Shown: positions 36,596 through 49,323, numbered from the stretch's first letter. The stretch: DNA of 64,000 nucleotides from Chiloscyllium plagiosum (GCF_004010195.1 NC_057750.1:12989369-13053368), one strand, 5' to 3'. Notes: generated by a model not told the origin, from the sequence alone. Made by a program: numbers and translations.

Positions 36596-37322
36596 CCTGA
36601 AATTAATGTCCCCACATCAGTAGAGAGTAAGCGTTAAATAAACCAGGGTCGGTTCCTCGCTAGTCACAGCTCCGACCCATTTTGATCGTTATTCATTTGA
36701 AATCTTTGAAAGAATTCTTCATGATGGTAAGAACTGGAGCAAACCTGGGAGATAGGAGGAGGAGTGGTGTGAGATGTGAGCGTATTGCTTTTAGTCAACA
36801 GACAGACTTAGGGAGTATCCCTAAGAGACTGCAAGGGTGTTTACAAGGGTGTTGCATATACAACAATGTTCAGGAGACAAGAGTAAACAGAAAACACATC
36901 AGCCCCCTAACTGCCTTATCCTCCAGTTCAGCGCGCCCCTGTCAGTGGGTAATAATTGGTTTTTTTGTTCCAAATTTGAGAGGGCTTGTGGTGAAATTTC
37001 ACAACCAACAGAATTACCCCGCCAGTATTTCTTTTGCGAACAACGCACAGAGAATACACTCAAAGTCCTGCCTCACTCCTTCCCTCCCTCCCCAAGCAGG
37101 AGGGTAAACAAAGGAGAGGAAAAGTCATTTAAAGTTCAGTTTTACTTATACAAAAAAGGAACTAGTGACAGGATGTGACACCCAAACAACATGTAATCTG
37201 CCTATTTAGAGTTTCCAAGGCCTTTTGTGTTTTGGGTCGGAATACCGTGTTCCATTCTGGTCTTCCTTGCTCTAGGAAAAATGTTGTGAAACTTGAAAGG
37301 GTTCAGAAAAGATTTTGATGTT

Positions 37323-37822
37323 NNNNNNNNNNNNNNNNNNNNNNNNNNNNNNNNNNNNNNNNNNNNNNNNNNNNNNNNNNNNNNNNNNNNNNNNNNNNNN
37401 NNNNNNNNNNNNNNNNNNNNNNNNNNNNNNNNNNNNNNNNNNNNNNNNNNNNNNNNNNNNNNNNNNNNNNNNNNNNNNNNNNNNNNNNNNNNNNNNNNNN
37501 NNNNNNNNNNNNNNNNNNNNNNNNNNNNNNNNNNNNNNNNNNNNNNNNNNNNNNNNNNNNNNNNNNNNNNNNNNNNNNNNNNNNNNNNNNNNNNNNNNNN
37601 NNNNNNNNNNNNNNNNNNNNNNNNNNNNNNNNNNNNNNNNNNNNNNNNNNNNNNNNNNNNNNNNNNNNNNNNNNNNNNNNNNNNNNNNNNNNNNNNNNNN
37701 NNNNNNNNNNNNNNNNNNNNNNNNNNNNNNNNNNNNNNNNNNNNNNNNNNNNNNNNNNNNNNNNNNNNNNNNNNNNNNNNNNNNNNNNNNNNNNNNNNNN
37801 NNNNNNNNNNNNNNNNNNNNNN
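37323..37822. other. Assembly gap (500 N, probably a scaffolding join)
   Basis: Run of N with a round-number length. Confidence 0.97.
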
Positions 37823-38097
37823 CGAAGTATTGCATTGAGGGAGTGCTACTCTGTTGGCAATGCAAACTTGGGATTGGATCTTCGGGGTGCCCCTAATGTG
37901 CACAAAATGACTAATACATGCCTAGATACCAAATGTTCCTCTGTTCTGAAGTGCACAGGAATTATTTTGGGAATCTGGTGAGGGATGCAGCAGTTATAGA
38001 GTCATAGAGTCATTGAGATGTACAGCATGGAAACAGACCCTTCGGTCCAACCTGTCCATGCCGACCAGATATCCCAACCCAATCTAGTCCGACCTAG

Positions 38098-38770
38098 TGT
38101 TAGATGAACACCAGGATTATACTATGGCTTTATGAGGCGTATTTTGTCCTGGGTTTTTTTTTAATGAAGAAAGTTGAGAGGGAAGTGCCAAGCAATTTGT
38201 TCAGAGCTATTAGAGTAAACAGCTTGTGAGGCCTTGGGCTTTTTTTTCCCCAAAAGTTGGAACAATAGAAGCAGCCTGGCTGGATGGCGTCAAGCTCCCA
38301 CAGCACCAGGATTTTTACTTTTTAGTTTTCAGTAGCAGTTGCTGGGGATTTGAAGCTGAGTTTGGGAGCTGCTGTATATCTCTCGCTGCTATTCTCTCTC
38401 TCTCTCTCTTAGAGTTTTCTCTTGATTTTTTTTTCATCCTGGACTGGAGAATTATCTGTGAGACAATCTGTGTTACTGAATTTGCCTTTGCCAAGGGTGT
38501 GCTTACGTGATGTTACGATATTGGAACAGTTACGGTTTAGCTGTGAAATAATCCATTGTTGTGTTAAGTTTTCCAATGCAGTTGTCATTCCAATTTCTTT
38601 ATTTTTTTATTGTTTTCTAACTAGCGCATGCATAAAGTTGGTTCTGCTTCAAATCTGGTAGTTTGACCAATTGAGTTTCATCTGGAAGGCAACGCCTTTA
38701 AAATAAGGAAAGATTAGAGTCTAGACTACCTTCCAAATATATTTGGATGGGCTTGATCAGGTCCACAATA
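38098..38770 (+). mobile_element. Probable solo LTR
   Basis: Begins TGTTAG and ends ...ggtccacaata (degenerate ...TAACA). Internal (tc)n and an ATAAAG polyA-like signal ~130 bp from the end. No TSD verified. Confidence 0.45.
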
Positions 38771-39039
38771 ATTCAAATGTTTAATTTTCCCTTCCCTCTC
38801 TCTTCTCGGTCAACGTTAGAATGCGGGAGACACACAGTGTTGGGTTGGTTAATGGTTGTTTTCTCTGGTTGTAAGTTACTGAAGCAAGTGGCCTTTTATG
38901 AAAAAGTGTGCAGAAGTGTTATCTGTTTGTGATTGTGAGTCTATCGTCAGTTCACTCAAGTTGAAATGATCCCATGGTGATTACAAAGGTCAGTGCCAGC
39001 CTGTTTTATCATGACACAGCTTTGATCATTCTGAACAGT

Positions 39040-39390
39040 CAGAGAGCTGTACAGCACAGACCCTTCAGTCAAACACGTCCTTGCCGACCAGATATCCTAA
39101 ATAAACCTAGTCCCATTTTCCAGCATTTGGCCATATCCCTCTAAACCCTTCCTATTCATATACCCATCCAAATGCCTTTCAAATGTTGTTATAAAACAGC
39201 CCCAGCCTGTTCAGCCTCTCCCTGTAGCTCAAACCCTCCAACCCTGGCAACATCCTTGTAAGTCTTTTCTGAACCCTTTCAAGTTTCACAACATCTTTTC
39301 CGGAACTGAACACAATATTCCAAAAGCGGCCTAACCAATGTCCTGTGCAGCTGCAACACGACCTCCCAACGTCTACACTCAATGCACCGA
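39040..39390 (-). mobile_element. CR1 LINE fragment with internal deletion
   Basis: KDVVKLERVQKRLTRMLPGLEGLSYRERLNRLGLF on the minus strand. Confidence 0.88.
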
Positions 39391-41169
39391 CCATTCCGTG
39401 GTTAGATGGAGTGTTAGAGAAGACAAGGCTGGAGGAATCACGGAAAATAGAGAAAGAATATATGCAAGCAAGTTCCATCACGGCAGTTGACCTTCTCAAG
39501 GTTGATAACTGGAGTGTGACTAACGTGGAGACATGACTAACTGGACACGTTGCCATGGTAAACTGTAAATGGCAGTTGCTGGCACTGAGCCAGAGAGCAT
39601 TGCTGTGCAACTATTCAAGCGTGTGTCAAATCATCGATCTCCCGTGATATCTTCCTCCTCACCCACACTGGCCATTTCGAGTCGGACGGAGGTGAGGATT
39701 CACTGGGGAGTTGGGAACACCTTGACACAGAGAGATCCCAACGGACAGCCCAGCACCTCCGCCATCGTTGAACCTCCTGGATAAATTTGCCCCTCAACAG
39801 GGATCGACCGTGCGTTTTTGGCGCCATTTTCATTTCCCAGGTGGAATTGGGCAGCCTGCTGTGGGCACCTCAACGTTCTGCTGAGGTACCACCAGCCGGT
39901 GCCAAATTGGGTGCCAACCCAGTGCATTCCCAAACCAACATGGTACATCAACATGGCAGCTGCTGGGAGACCCTAGCTTGTGACTGACCAAAGAGGAGAA
40001 GGTACACCCAGGACGCATTGAGAGATGATGATGAGTTATTTATTGTCACTTGCATTTTACGTTACAACAAAATGGAGTAAAACACTTCAACAATTGCCAC
40101 AGACCAGCACCGTTTTGCCATCGGGGATCAGAAATGTGGCGTTGGACCGTTCAAGGGACTGTCCAAACCTCCCAAGTACTCATCTAACTAACCCTTCCTG
40201 CATAACCTGCTCTGCACACGGCAGAGGTGCAGAGCACACACTACACCATGTCAGCCATGATCACACTTGATGGGCTGAATGGCCTAATTCTGTAGTCTTG
40301 TCCCAGAGTACCAAACTGGGCTGGCAGAAAGTCACCCTCAATTCCCAGGGATTGACCATTCCCAGGCTGCACTGGGAGTTGGCACTTCAGCCTCTGGGTC
40401 TCTTGCTGCCAACTGGTTGGTTGACGGGTCTCCCAATGAGGTCGCCCCCTGGTCTGGGTTCCTGGTTAACAATCTCCTGTGCTGCTCGGAATGAACAAGA
40501 CCATCCTAACATAGTGGGGGCCGCAAGTCCCTAAAACGTGGTAAATGAGCATCAACTATCACCTCCCGAACAAACATCGCTGGACGTTGTGGACATTGGA
40601 GAGTGCAATTAGTTGGCACAGAGTGGGAGTGCGCACAAATGTATGTTCCGTCTCCTCGTGCCCACTAATCCAAGGCATGATTGTACAACTCTCCACCAAC
40701 TCCCCCTCCACCAATACAGACCTTGCTTGTGGTCCTAACTACTTCCTTGTACATGGGGACCAATCAATCAAATACTCTTCCTTTAAAGCATTCCTGGATT
40801 TATTCAGGGAGATGTTACTGTAGCGGCAAAGTCTTTGGACTCGCAATGGGGAGGTGATGGCCTAGTGGTATTGGATAATGTTCTGGGGAACATGGATTCC
40901 AATCTCCCCACAGCAGATGGTGGAACTTGAGTTCAATTTAAAAAAATATGGAATTAAGACTCTAATGATTGATTGCCAGGAAAAAAAAAACCCATCTAGT
41001 TCACCACTGCCTTTCAGGGAGGGAAATCTGCCATCCCTTACCTGGTCTGGCCTACACCTGACTCCAGACTCTTAACTAGATATGGCTAATAATTGCATGT
41101 CCAGGCAGCAGGCCCTATCTCATGAATGAATAAAGGGGGGAACAAATTCTGAAGCACAGATTATAGGTC

Positions 41170-41710
41170 TGCGGAGCATGGGTTTCAATCCAAATAAGAC
41201 ATTGGTTAAGCCACAGATGGAATACTGGGTGCAGTTCTGGTCCCCACTCTACTGGAAGGAGATAATTGCCCTGGAGAGGGTGCAAGAGGGGATTCACCAG
41301 GATGTTGCCTGGGATTAAAAAAGACTTTATTACGAGCAGAGGCTGGGATTTCCCTGGAGCGGAGGAGGGATCTGATTGAGGTATACAACATTACAGGAGG
41401 CAGAGGCAGACTAGATCATGGCAGATGTGTCTAAGACCAGAGGGCATCAGTTCAAGATGAGGAGTAAGCGGTTTAGAGGAGATTTGAGAAAATAAACTAT
41501 TATTCAGATGCTGGCAGAAGTGTGGAAGACGCTGCCTGACAGGGTGGTGGAGGCAGGGATCCCTGTAACATTTAAGAAGCATCTGCATGAGCATTTAAAA
41601 TGCCGGGGCATAGTGGGCTATGGGCCAAGTGTAGGTGAATGGAATTGGTGCAGTTTGGGGTTTGATGGTCAGCATAGACATGGTGGGCTGAAGGGCCTGT
41701 TCCTTTCTGT
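41170..41710 (+). mobile_element. CR1 LINE 3' fragment
   Basis: TLVKPQMEYWVQFWSP...VWKTLPDRVVEAG..VTFKKHLHEHL. Confidence 0.82.
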
Positions 41711-41711
41711 C

Positions 41712-42005
41712 GATCAACTCTATCAACAAACACATTGGCTTGGATCCCATTTACCACCCCCTGAGAAAAAGAACAGGAAATGACATCGCCGTGGGAAATG
41801 ATGTCACCTCAGGAAATGACATCACCAACCCTAGGAAACTCAAACATATAAATAGAAAGTGGGCTACACCACCAAGTGCTTCATTCAGAGGCTCACTGAT
41901 GATGTTATCTAGTATGGTGACGAAATGTCCGAAAACGAACCTTCCAGATCAGCGAGCAAACCTACATGCAAAACCTCAACCTAAGCTACAAATCTTCTCA
42001 AAACT
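41712..42005 (+). mobile_element. PLE family C-related 3' end
   Basis: NSINKHIGLDPIYHPLRKRTG, then CUGAUGA U GUUAUC-uaguau-GGUGAC GAAA U GUC and the ...gctacaaatcttc end. Confidence 0.8.
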
Positions 42006-42939
42006 CTCTATGACTCTCAATCCCAGCATGGCTGATGATAGGGTTTAAATTCAGTGAATAAATCTGGAATTGAACGCTAGCCTCAGTAACAGTGATCATG
42101 AACAACCATCATCGGTTCTTATAAAAAAAGAACCATCTGGTTCACTGATGCCCTTCAGGGAGGGAAATCTGCCATCCCTTACCTGGTCTGGCCTACAACT
42201 GACTCCAGACAAAGTGTTGACTCTTAACTGCCCTCTGAAATGGTCTGGCAAGCCATTAGTTCAGAGGGCAATTAGGGCTGGACAACAAGAGCTGGCCTTG
42301 CCAGCGATGCCTAACTTGCTGTGACTGAATTAAAATAAACATGGCACAGCCAATGCAATCAGTCAGGTAAACCCCTGTGGCATAAGCCAGCCTATGATGT
42401 ATTCTCTGGGGTGTCTCAGTGGTTAGCACTGCTGCCTCCCAGTTGCCAGGGACCTGGGTTCAATTCCAGCCTCGGGCGACTGTCTGTGTGGAGTTTGTAC
42501 ATTCTCCCCGTGTCTGTGTGGGTTTCCTCTCACAATCCATAGATATGCAGGTCAGTTGGATCGGGCATGCTACGTTGTCCAGAGGTGTGCAGGTCAGCCA
42601 TGGTCACTGGGGTTTACAGAGACAGGGGGATTTGGCTGGGATGCTGTTTGGAAGGTCAGTGTGGACTCAATGGGCAGAATGGCCTCCATCTGCCATGTAG
42701 GGGATTCTGTGACTTGCCTTGGAGCGAATCCGGATTCCTGATTGGCACCTCAGTGAATGGCCTCCACTCCAAGCTGATGGGAACAGCGCTAGAGCAGGTG
42801 TAAACGGATTAAAGGATTAAGTTAGAAAACGGCTGGACACGTGTGGATAATTATAGGGCAATTTACACCCTCAGCAGGCTCTGACAAACTGAAGGTCTGC
42901 TTAAATGTTACAGTCAACGTTGCAACCATCTGAGCAAAT

Positions 42940-43399
42940 CACTACAACAGATTCCCTCTCCCTGAGGCCAACATATCTGTGGACCCTTAGACAGGAGGGC
43001 TTTAATCACTTAGCTCTCTCAGGATGGCTGGATGCTTTCTGAGCAGCCAATGCGATGCTTTAGAAGACTGCTCACTTATTATTTGACAGACGTGCTAAAG
43101 TTGGTGAGAAGGGTTTAGATTACTGTTGCATTCAGCAGGGGATGTTAGCATTGTCCCTCCCCGTCATTGCACTACAACAGATTCCCTCTCCCTGAGGCCA
43201 ACATATCTGTGGACCCTTAGACAGGAGGGCTTTAATCACTTAGCTCTCTCAGGATGGCTGGATGCTTTCTGAGCAGCCAATGGGATGCTTTCGAAGACTG
43301 CTCACTTATTATTTGACAGACGTGCTAAAGTTAGTGAGAAGGGTTTAGATTACTGTTGCATTCAGCAGGGGATGTTAGCATAGTCCCTCCCCGTCATTG
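42940..43399. repeat. Tandem duplication of a 230-bp unique segment
   Basis: 42940-43169 versus 43170-43399, 4 substitutions seen. Confidence 0.92.
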
Positions 43400-43455
43400 G
43401 CGCAAGTTAAAAGTCACACAAGACCAGGTTATAGTCCGACAGGTTTATTTGGAAG

Positions 43456-43490
43456 CACTAGCTTTCGGAGCGCTGCTCCTTCATCAGGTG
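43456..43490 (-). ncRNA. Putative minimal hammerhead ribozyme (family B), within a palindromic element at ~43406-43598
   Basis: Minus strand CAC CUGAUGA A GGAGC agc GCUCC GAAA G CUA GUG: helix I CAC/GUG, 5-bp helix II, AGCU palindrome. Confidence 0.75.
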
Positions 43491-43599
43491 GCTAGTGGGG
43501 CAGGATCATAGGACATGGAATTTATTGTTGGACTAGGTGTTGCCTGGTGTTGCGTGATTTTTAACTTCATCTACTCCAGTCCAACACCAGCACCTCCGT

Positions 43600-43770
43600 T
43601 CCCTCATTAGAGAGAGAAAGAGATGGTTTAACCTGAGGGTCATCACGCCTCAGGCGAGGGGGGGGGGGGAAGAGGCCGAGAAGGGGAGTCCTTCAAGATA
43701 ACCTCATCCCATGTGGGAATTGAACCCGCGTCGCTCGCCAACTGTCCAGCCAACTGAGCTAACCAACCCT
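43600..43770 (-). mobile_element. Third tRNA-derived SINE family (ggttagctcagttggctgga...gggttcaattccc...gaccctcaggttaaac)
   Basis: A- and B-box-like head on the minus strand; other copies at ~51040-51380 and 53645-54533 (split). Confidence 0.65.
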
Positions 43771-45549
43771 CAACACTCAGAGCAGTAGAGGAACGTGATG
43801 ATTGGGTGGGGATGGAGATTCAGTAGGAACCGTCAACTGCCAATAGGAATCCTCTGACTCAGGTCGGCCGGAGTTGACCTTCCGGGGTCCACGGACTAAG
43901 GCTGACAGCGAACTCTTCCTGCCCTTCAGGTTCCGGAGAATAAATGTTGCCGGCGGGGGGGAGTTCAGCAATAGCAATGCCAAGCTCAGCTGGTAGCACT
44001 GACCGTCAGCATCCAGGTCCCTTGCATTGAGATGGGAACCTTTAGGCAGTTGGTTGGGTACATTAGACCTTCCTTTGACTGAATCGCAATTAATACCACA
44101 AGCACTTCACAGAAACATAGAATCCCCACAGTGTGGAAGCAAGGCAATTCAGCTCACACCGACTCTGAAGAGCATCCCACCCATAGGCTTAAGGACAGAC
44201 GGGAAAAATTTTAAAGGGAACTCAGGGTTAACTTTTTCACGTAGAGGGTGGTGCGTGTATGGAATGAGCTGCCAGAGGAAGTGGTGGAGGCTGGTACAAT
44301 TGCAACATTTAAAAGGGACTTGATTAGATTACTTACAGTGTGAAAACAGGCCCTTCAGCCCACCAAATCCACACCAACCCCCCTACACCTAACACTACGG
44401 GCAATTTAGCACGGCCAATTCACCTGACCTGCACATTTTTGGACTGTGGGAGGAAACCAGAGCACCCTGAGGCAGGAATTGAACCCAGGTCCCTGGCGCT
44501 GTGAGGCAGCAGTGCTAACCACTGTGCCACCATGCCACCCACATTTGGATGGGTACATGGAAAGGAAGGGTTTAGAGGGACATGGGCCAAAGGCATAGAA
44601 TCCTTATATTGTGGAAGCGGGCCATTCAGGCTACACCAACCCTCCCACTCAAGCCACAGCCTACCTCTATAACCCTGCATTTCCCACGGCCAATCCAGCT
44701 GGCCTGCAGATCTTTAGACTGTGGGACACAGGGCGAATGTGCAAACTCCACACAGTCAGCTGTCCGAGAATGGAATCAGACCCAGGCCCCTGGTGCTGTG
44801 AGGCAGCACTGCTAACCACTGAATCACTCTGGGTTTGCCAGGTGAGCATCCAAAACAAACTGTAAAACTGAATTGACCGGATTTGGGAAGGGTGTGAGTC
44901 TGGCGAGAGCCCCACACACATGCCCTGCCCACATTCCCAAAAATGCTGTTCACAGAAACATGACAAACGGAAAATAAGTTCAGGCTTTCTGTGTTGGCAT
45001 GACTAAGGTAATTCAATTTTGACTACCCTAGTTCCTTATTAATTCTGTAATTTCATTCACTTACTCTTTTCCTGCTTTCTGTGAGAGTTAGCAGTAACTA
45101 AAGTCAGATGAAGATGGACATTTTATTGTTGCTCAAAGGGCAGCTGCTTTAGCCAATTGCTGTCTGATTAATGTGCTTGATATGGCATCACACAGCGCTG
45201 GGAGAAAGGGTAAGTATCTTCAAGTGCTGTACACTGCACTTAAAATATTCGCACCATTACACTGCACATTTCTGAGCTCCAGATTAATAAAAGGATACAC
45301 GGACACTGGAGAAGATGGAAACATAAAACGATTTGCTACGACAATTCCATCACCAAGTTGGTGTAATCATCAGAAAAGATGGGACTGATTGGGATCGGGT
45401 GGGATTTGAAAAGGAGATGGGGACTTCAATGGCACATCAGATGTCAGTCAGGTGAAAAACAAAGGGACCTCGCTGCTGGTTTAAGTGTCAGATTGCTCAA
45501 TTGTACAGAGGGTGGAATGTGGGAGGCCGGGCTAGGGTGTGTCAGAACA

Positions 45550-46471
45550 GTCACAGAGTCACACAGCACAGAAACAGGTCCGTCGCTCCACTAGTTCATG
45601 CCGACCCTAATCCCAAACTAAACTAGTCCCACTTCCCTGCCCCTGGCCTATATCCCTCCAAACCTTTCCTATTCATGGACTTATCCAAATGGCTTTGTAA
45701 CTGTCCGCCACTTCCTCAGGAAGCTCATTCCACACAGGGTGGCGTGGTGGCTCAGTGGTTAGCACTGTTGCCTCCCAACATCAGGGACTGGGGTCAATTC
45801 CTGCCTTGGGCATCTGTGTGTGTGTGTGGAGTTCGCACATTGTCTGCGTGGGTTTCCTCTGCGTGCTCTGGTTTCCTCCCGCAGTCCAATGACGTGCAGG
45901 GTGGGTGAATTGGCCGTGCTAAATTGCCCGCAATGTTAGGTGCATTAGTCACGGGTGAATTGCTCTTCGGAGGGTTGGTGTGGACTGGTTGGGCCTGTTT
46001 CCACAATGTAGGGAATCTAATTTAATCACACTTGAACCACCCTCTGTGTAACAAATTTGCCCCCATGTCTTCTTTAAATCTCTCTCCTTTCACCTTAAAA
46101 TTGTGTCTTGAAATCCCCCAATCCTAGGAAAAAGACAACGACCATTAACTCTAACCCTCATTATTTTATAAACTTCTAAGGTTACCTCTCAACCTCCTAG
46201 ACTTCAGTGAAAAAAAAATCCCAGCCTATCCAGACTTTCTTTATAACTAACCTTCCATACCCAGGAACATCCTGATAAATCTCTTCTGAACCCTCCCCAG
46301 TTTAATGACATCCTTTCTATAACAGGACGACCAGAACTGAACACAGTGTTCCAGAAGAGGCCTCACCAATGTCCTGTACAACCCCAACATGACATCCTGA
46401 CTCCTGTACTCAAAGGTCTGAGCAGTGAAGCCAAGCGTGCCAAATGCTTTTTTAACTGCTCTGAGTATTTG
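45550..46471 (-). mobile_element. CR1 LINE fragment with nested HE1 (+, ~45737-46025)
   Basis: CR1 tail and ORF2 motifs on the minus strand; continues after the PLE insertion at 47180. Confidence 0.85.
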
Positions 46472-47179
46472 CTAGCTGATAATGTGTTGCTGGAAAAGCA
46501 CAGCAGGTCAGGCAGCATCCAAGGAGCAGGAGAATCGACGTTTCGGGCATGAGCCCTTCTTCAGGAAGGGCTCCCCCACGCCGATCTCCGTCACCACCCC
46601 TAACCCCGCCCCCATGCTGATCTCTGTCCCCATGCCCAACCCCGCCCCCACNNNNNNNNNNNNNNNNNNNNNNNNNNNNNNNNNNNNNNNNNNNNNNNNN
46701 NNNNNNNNNNNNNNNNNNNNNNNNNNNNNNNGACACCCCGTGCTGGCCTCTTACCTGCCCTCGATCTCTTCATAGCCAACTGCCGCCGTGACATTAACCG
46801 CCTCAACCTCTCCACCCCTCTCTCCCACTCCAACCTTTCACCCTCGGAATGTGCAGCCCTCCACTCCCACCGTTCCAACCCCAACCTCACTATCAAACCA
46901 GCAGACAAGAGAGGCGCAGTAGTAGTTTGGCGCACTGACCTTTACACCGCTGAGGCTAAATGCCAGCTCGCGGACACCTCCCCCTACTGCCCCCTTGACC
47001 ATGACCCCACCTCCCACCACCAAACCATCATCTCCCAGACCATCCATAGATTCCTGAAGAAGGGCTCATGCCCTAAAATGTCGATTCTCCTGCTCCTTGG
47101 ATGCTGCCTGACCTGCTGCGCTTTTCCAGCAACACATTTTCAGCTCTGATCTCCAGCATCTGCAGTCCTCACTTTCTCC
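46472..47179 (+). mobile_element. Penelope-like element: inverted repeat, RT fragment and terminal repeat, with an 11-bp TSD
   Basis: TSD CTGAGTATTTG at 46461-46471 and 47180-47190; family A arms at both ends; gap at 46652-46731. Confidence 0.88.
46733..47047 (+). pseudogene. PLE reverse-transcriptase N-terminal fragment
   Basis: Open frame TPRAGLLPALDLFIANCRRDINRLNLSTPLSHSNLSPSECAALHSHRSNPNLTIKPADKRGAVVVWRTDLY...QLADTSPYCPLDHDPT. IKPADKxGAVVV is the PLE 'DKG' motif region. Confidence 0.85.
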
Positions 47180-48124
47180 CTGAGTATTTGTGACACAAAC
47201 TACAAAGAATTATGGACCTGCACCCTCTTTCTACAAAGGTTTGGAGGGATATGGACCAGGAGTAGGCAGGTGGGACTAGTTTAGTTTGGGATTATGGTCA
47301 GCAAGGACTGGTTGGGCCGAAGGGTCTGTTTCTGTGCTGCATGACTTTATGAATGAGCATAGTGAGAGAACCCAGTCTCAGAGTCCAATGTAATCTCATC
47401 AGTTACTCAAGAAGGAAGAGTGCATGGATAATCTCTGTAAAAGCATGACTTGGAGGAGCCAGTGTTGGACTTGGGTGGACAGAGTTACAAGTCACACAAA
47501 GCCAGGTTATAGTCCTTCCAAATAAACCTGTTGGATTATAACCTGGAGTTGTGCGATTTTTAACTGCGTTAAAGCAGGATGACATAGGTAGCAGAGTGGT
47601 AATGTCCCTGAACTAGTCACACACAGATCCCAGTAGTTCCAAGGGAGATTTGGTTAATAAATCTGGAGTATAAACCTTGTCTCCACAATTGTAATCATAT
47701 CAATTCTTGTAAAAACCCAATTGGAAGGAAATCTGCCATCCTTACCTGATCCAGTCTACATTTGATTCCAGACCCATAGCATTGTGGTTCACTCTTTACT
47801 GCCCTCTGACTTGGAAGTCACTCAGTTCAAGGGGCAATTGGGGATGGGCAACAAACACTCGCCCTGCCAGTGACACCCACATCCCATGGAAGAATAAAGG
47901 AAAATAAATAATAGTTTACACTCATAGTAAGCCCCTGTTTAGTGACGAGCACAAACTGGGGTCAGTTCAAAATGGAATAAAGTCAATTATTAGAAGTAAT
48001 GTACAGGTCATAATTAGTGACCTTCTCCCGATTAGGAAAAGACTAAGATGCATTTTGAGTAATTGGTTAAAAAAATTAGATTCGAACCAGGAAATAGGTC
48101 CCATATCAATGGGCCGAATTTGAT

Positions 48125-48485
48125 TTCCATCACGCAAACCAGCCTCCCACCCACTGACTCCCACTGCCTTGAGAAGGCAGCCAACATCATCAAAGACCCC
48201 TTCCCACCCCGGTTAGACTCTCTTCCACCAGGAAGATACAAAAGCTTAGACACGCGTAGCAACAGCTTCCTCCCCCCCCCGTTATGAGATTGCTGAGCGG
48301 GCCTCTCAAATTTCAAACTGAATGTTGATCTTGCTTTTGTGCACCTTCTGCAACTTTGTATGCAACGCTAGGTTCAATCAGCCAGCGATCTCTGTGTGGT
48401 ATGATCTGCCTGGTCAGCTCGCAAAACAAAACTTTTCACTGTGCTTCGCTACATGTGACAACAACAAATCAATCAAAATCAAATC
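48125..48485 (+). mobile_element. Rex1/Babar-type LINE 3' end
   Basis: CLEKAANIIKDP..P..LPPGRYKSLDTR..NSF motif, then a 3' UTR ending acatgtgacaa...aatcaaaatcaaat. Similar tails at ~10590-10655 and 25445-25525. Confidence 0.78.
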
Positions 48486-49104
48486 CACTCCTGCTGCTAT
48501 ATTTCTGTACAGATGAGCTGTGAAAAGATGATGCTGGGAAAAAATGTTGAGTTCCACAATGACGATTTGGTTCAGGAGGGAGTGCTTGGGGTAGCACGGT
48601 GGCTCAATGGTTAGTGCTGCTGCCTCACGGCACTAGGGTCTCAGGTTCGATTCCAGCCTCGGGCGACTGTTTGTGTGGCATTTGCATGTTTTCCCTGTGT
48701 CTGTGCTCCACATTCCAAAGATGTGCAGGTTAGAGTGGATTGGCCATGCTGAATTGTCCATAGCTTTTAGGAGCATTAGTCAGAGGGGGGTGGGTTACTG
48801 TTCGGAGGGTCAGTTGTTGGGCCGAAGGGCCTGTTTCCTCACTGTAGGGAATCTAATCTAATCTTAGTTAAGGACATCAACTGGACTCGGTGGCTGGGAG
48901 AGCAAATGGGGAGCTGGTGGTGTGATGCTAATGTCATTAAATAAATAACCCAGAGGCCCCGGTTAATGCTCTGGGAAGGTGGGTTTGAATCCCTTCTGGC
49001 AGCTGGTGGGAAATTTGATTTCAATTTTTTTTAAAAATCTGGGAATTAAAAAGCTAACATGCTGTCGACCAGTTCAGTTCTGAGGAAGGGTCGCGAAACA
49101 TTCA

Positions 49105-49323
49105 GAGCTGAAAATGTGTTGCTGGAAAAGCGCAGCAGGTCAGGCAGCATCCAGGGAACAGGAGAATCGACGTTTCGGGCATAAGCCCTTCGTCATTCCT
49201 GAAGAAGGGCTTATGCCCGAAACGTCGATTCTCCTGTTCCCTGGATGCTGCCTGACCTGCTGCGCTTTTCCAGCAACACATTTTCAGCTCTGATCTCCAG
49301 CATCTGCAGACCTCACTTTCTCC
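49105..49323. mobile_element. Young palindromic PLE family A insertion with a 14-bp TSD
   Basis: TSD TCGCGAAACATTCA at 49091-49104 and 49324-49337; perfect inverted arms. Confidence 0.9.
49196..49229 (+). ncRNA. Putative minimal hammerhead ribozyme (family A)
   Basis: UC CUGAAGA A GGGC uuau GCCC GAAA C GUC GA. An intact minus-strand copy also lies at 46564-46537. Helix I is only 2 bp. Confidence 0.7.

Noticed and set aside
37202..37903. Long ORFs across 37.3-37.8 kb and 30.4-30.9 kb
   Set aside because: Artefacts of N runs and low-complexity sequence.
39549..39563. RFX X-box-like GTTGCCATGGTAAAC
   Set aside because: Imperfect second half-site, isolated, and no promoter evidence.
45090..45216. 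Plus-strand exon candidate ending GG|GTAAGT
   Set aside because: Weak acceptor, no recognisable coding content, and a donor hexamer is expected by chance in 64 kb.
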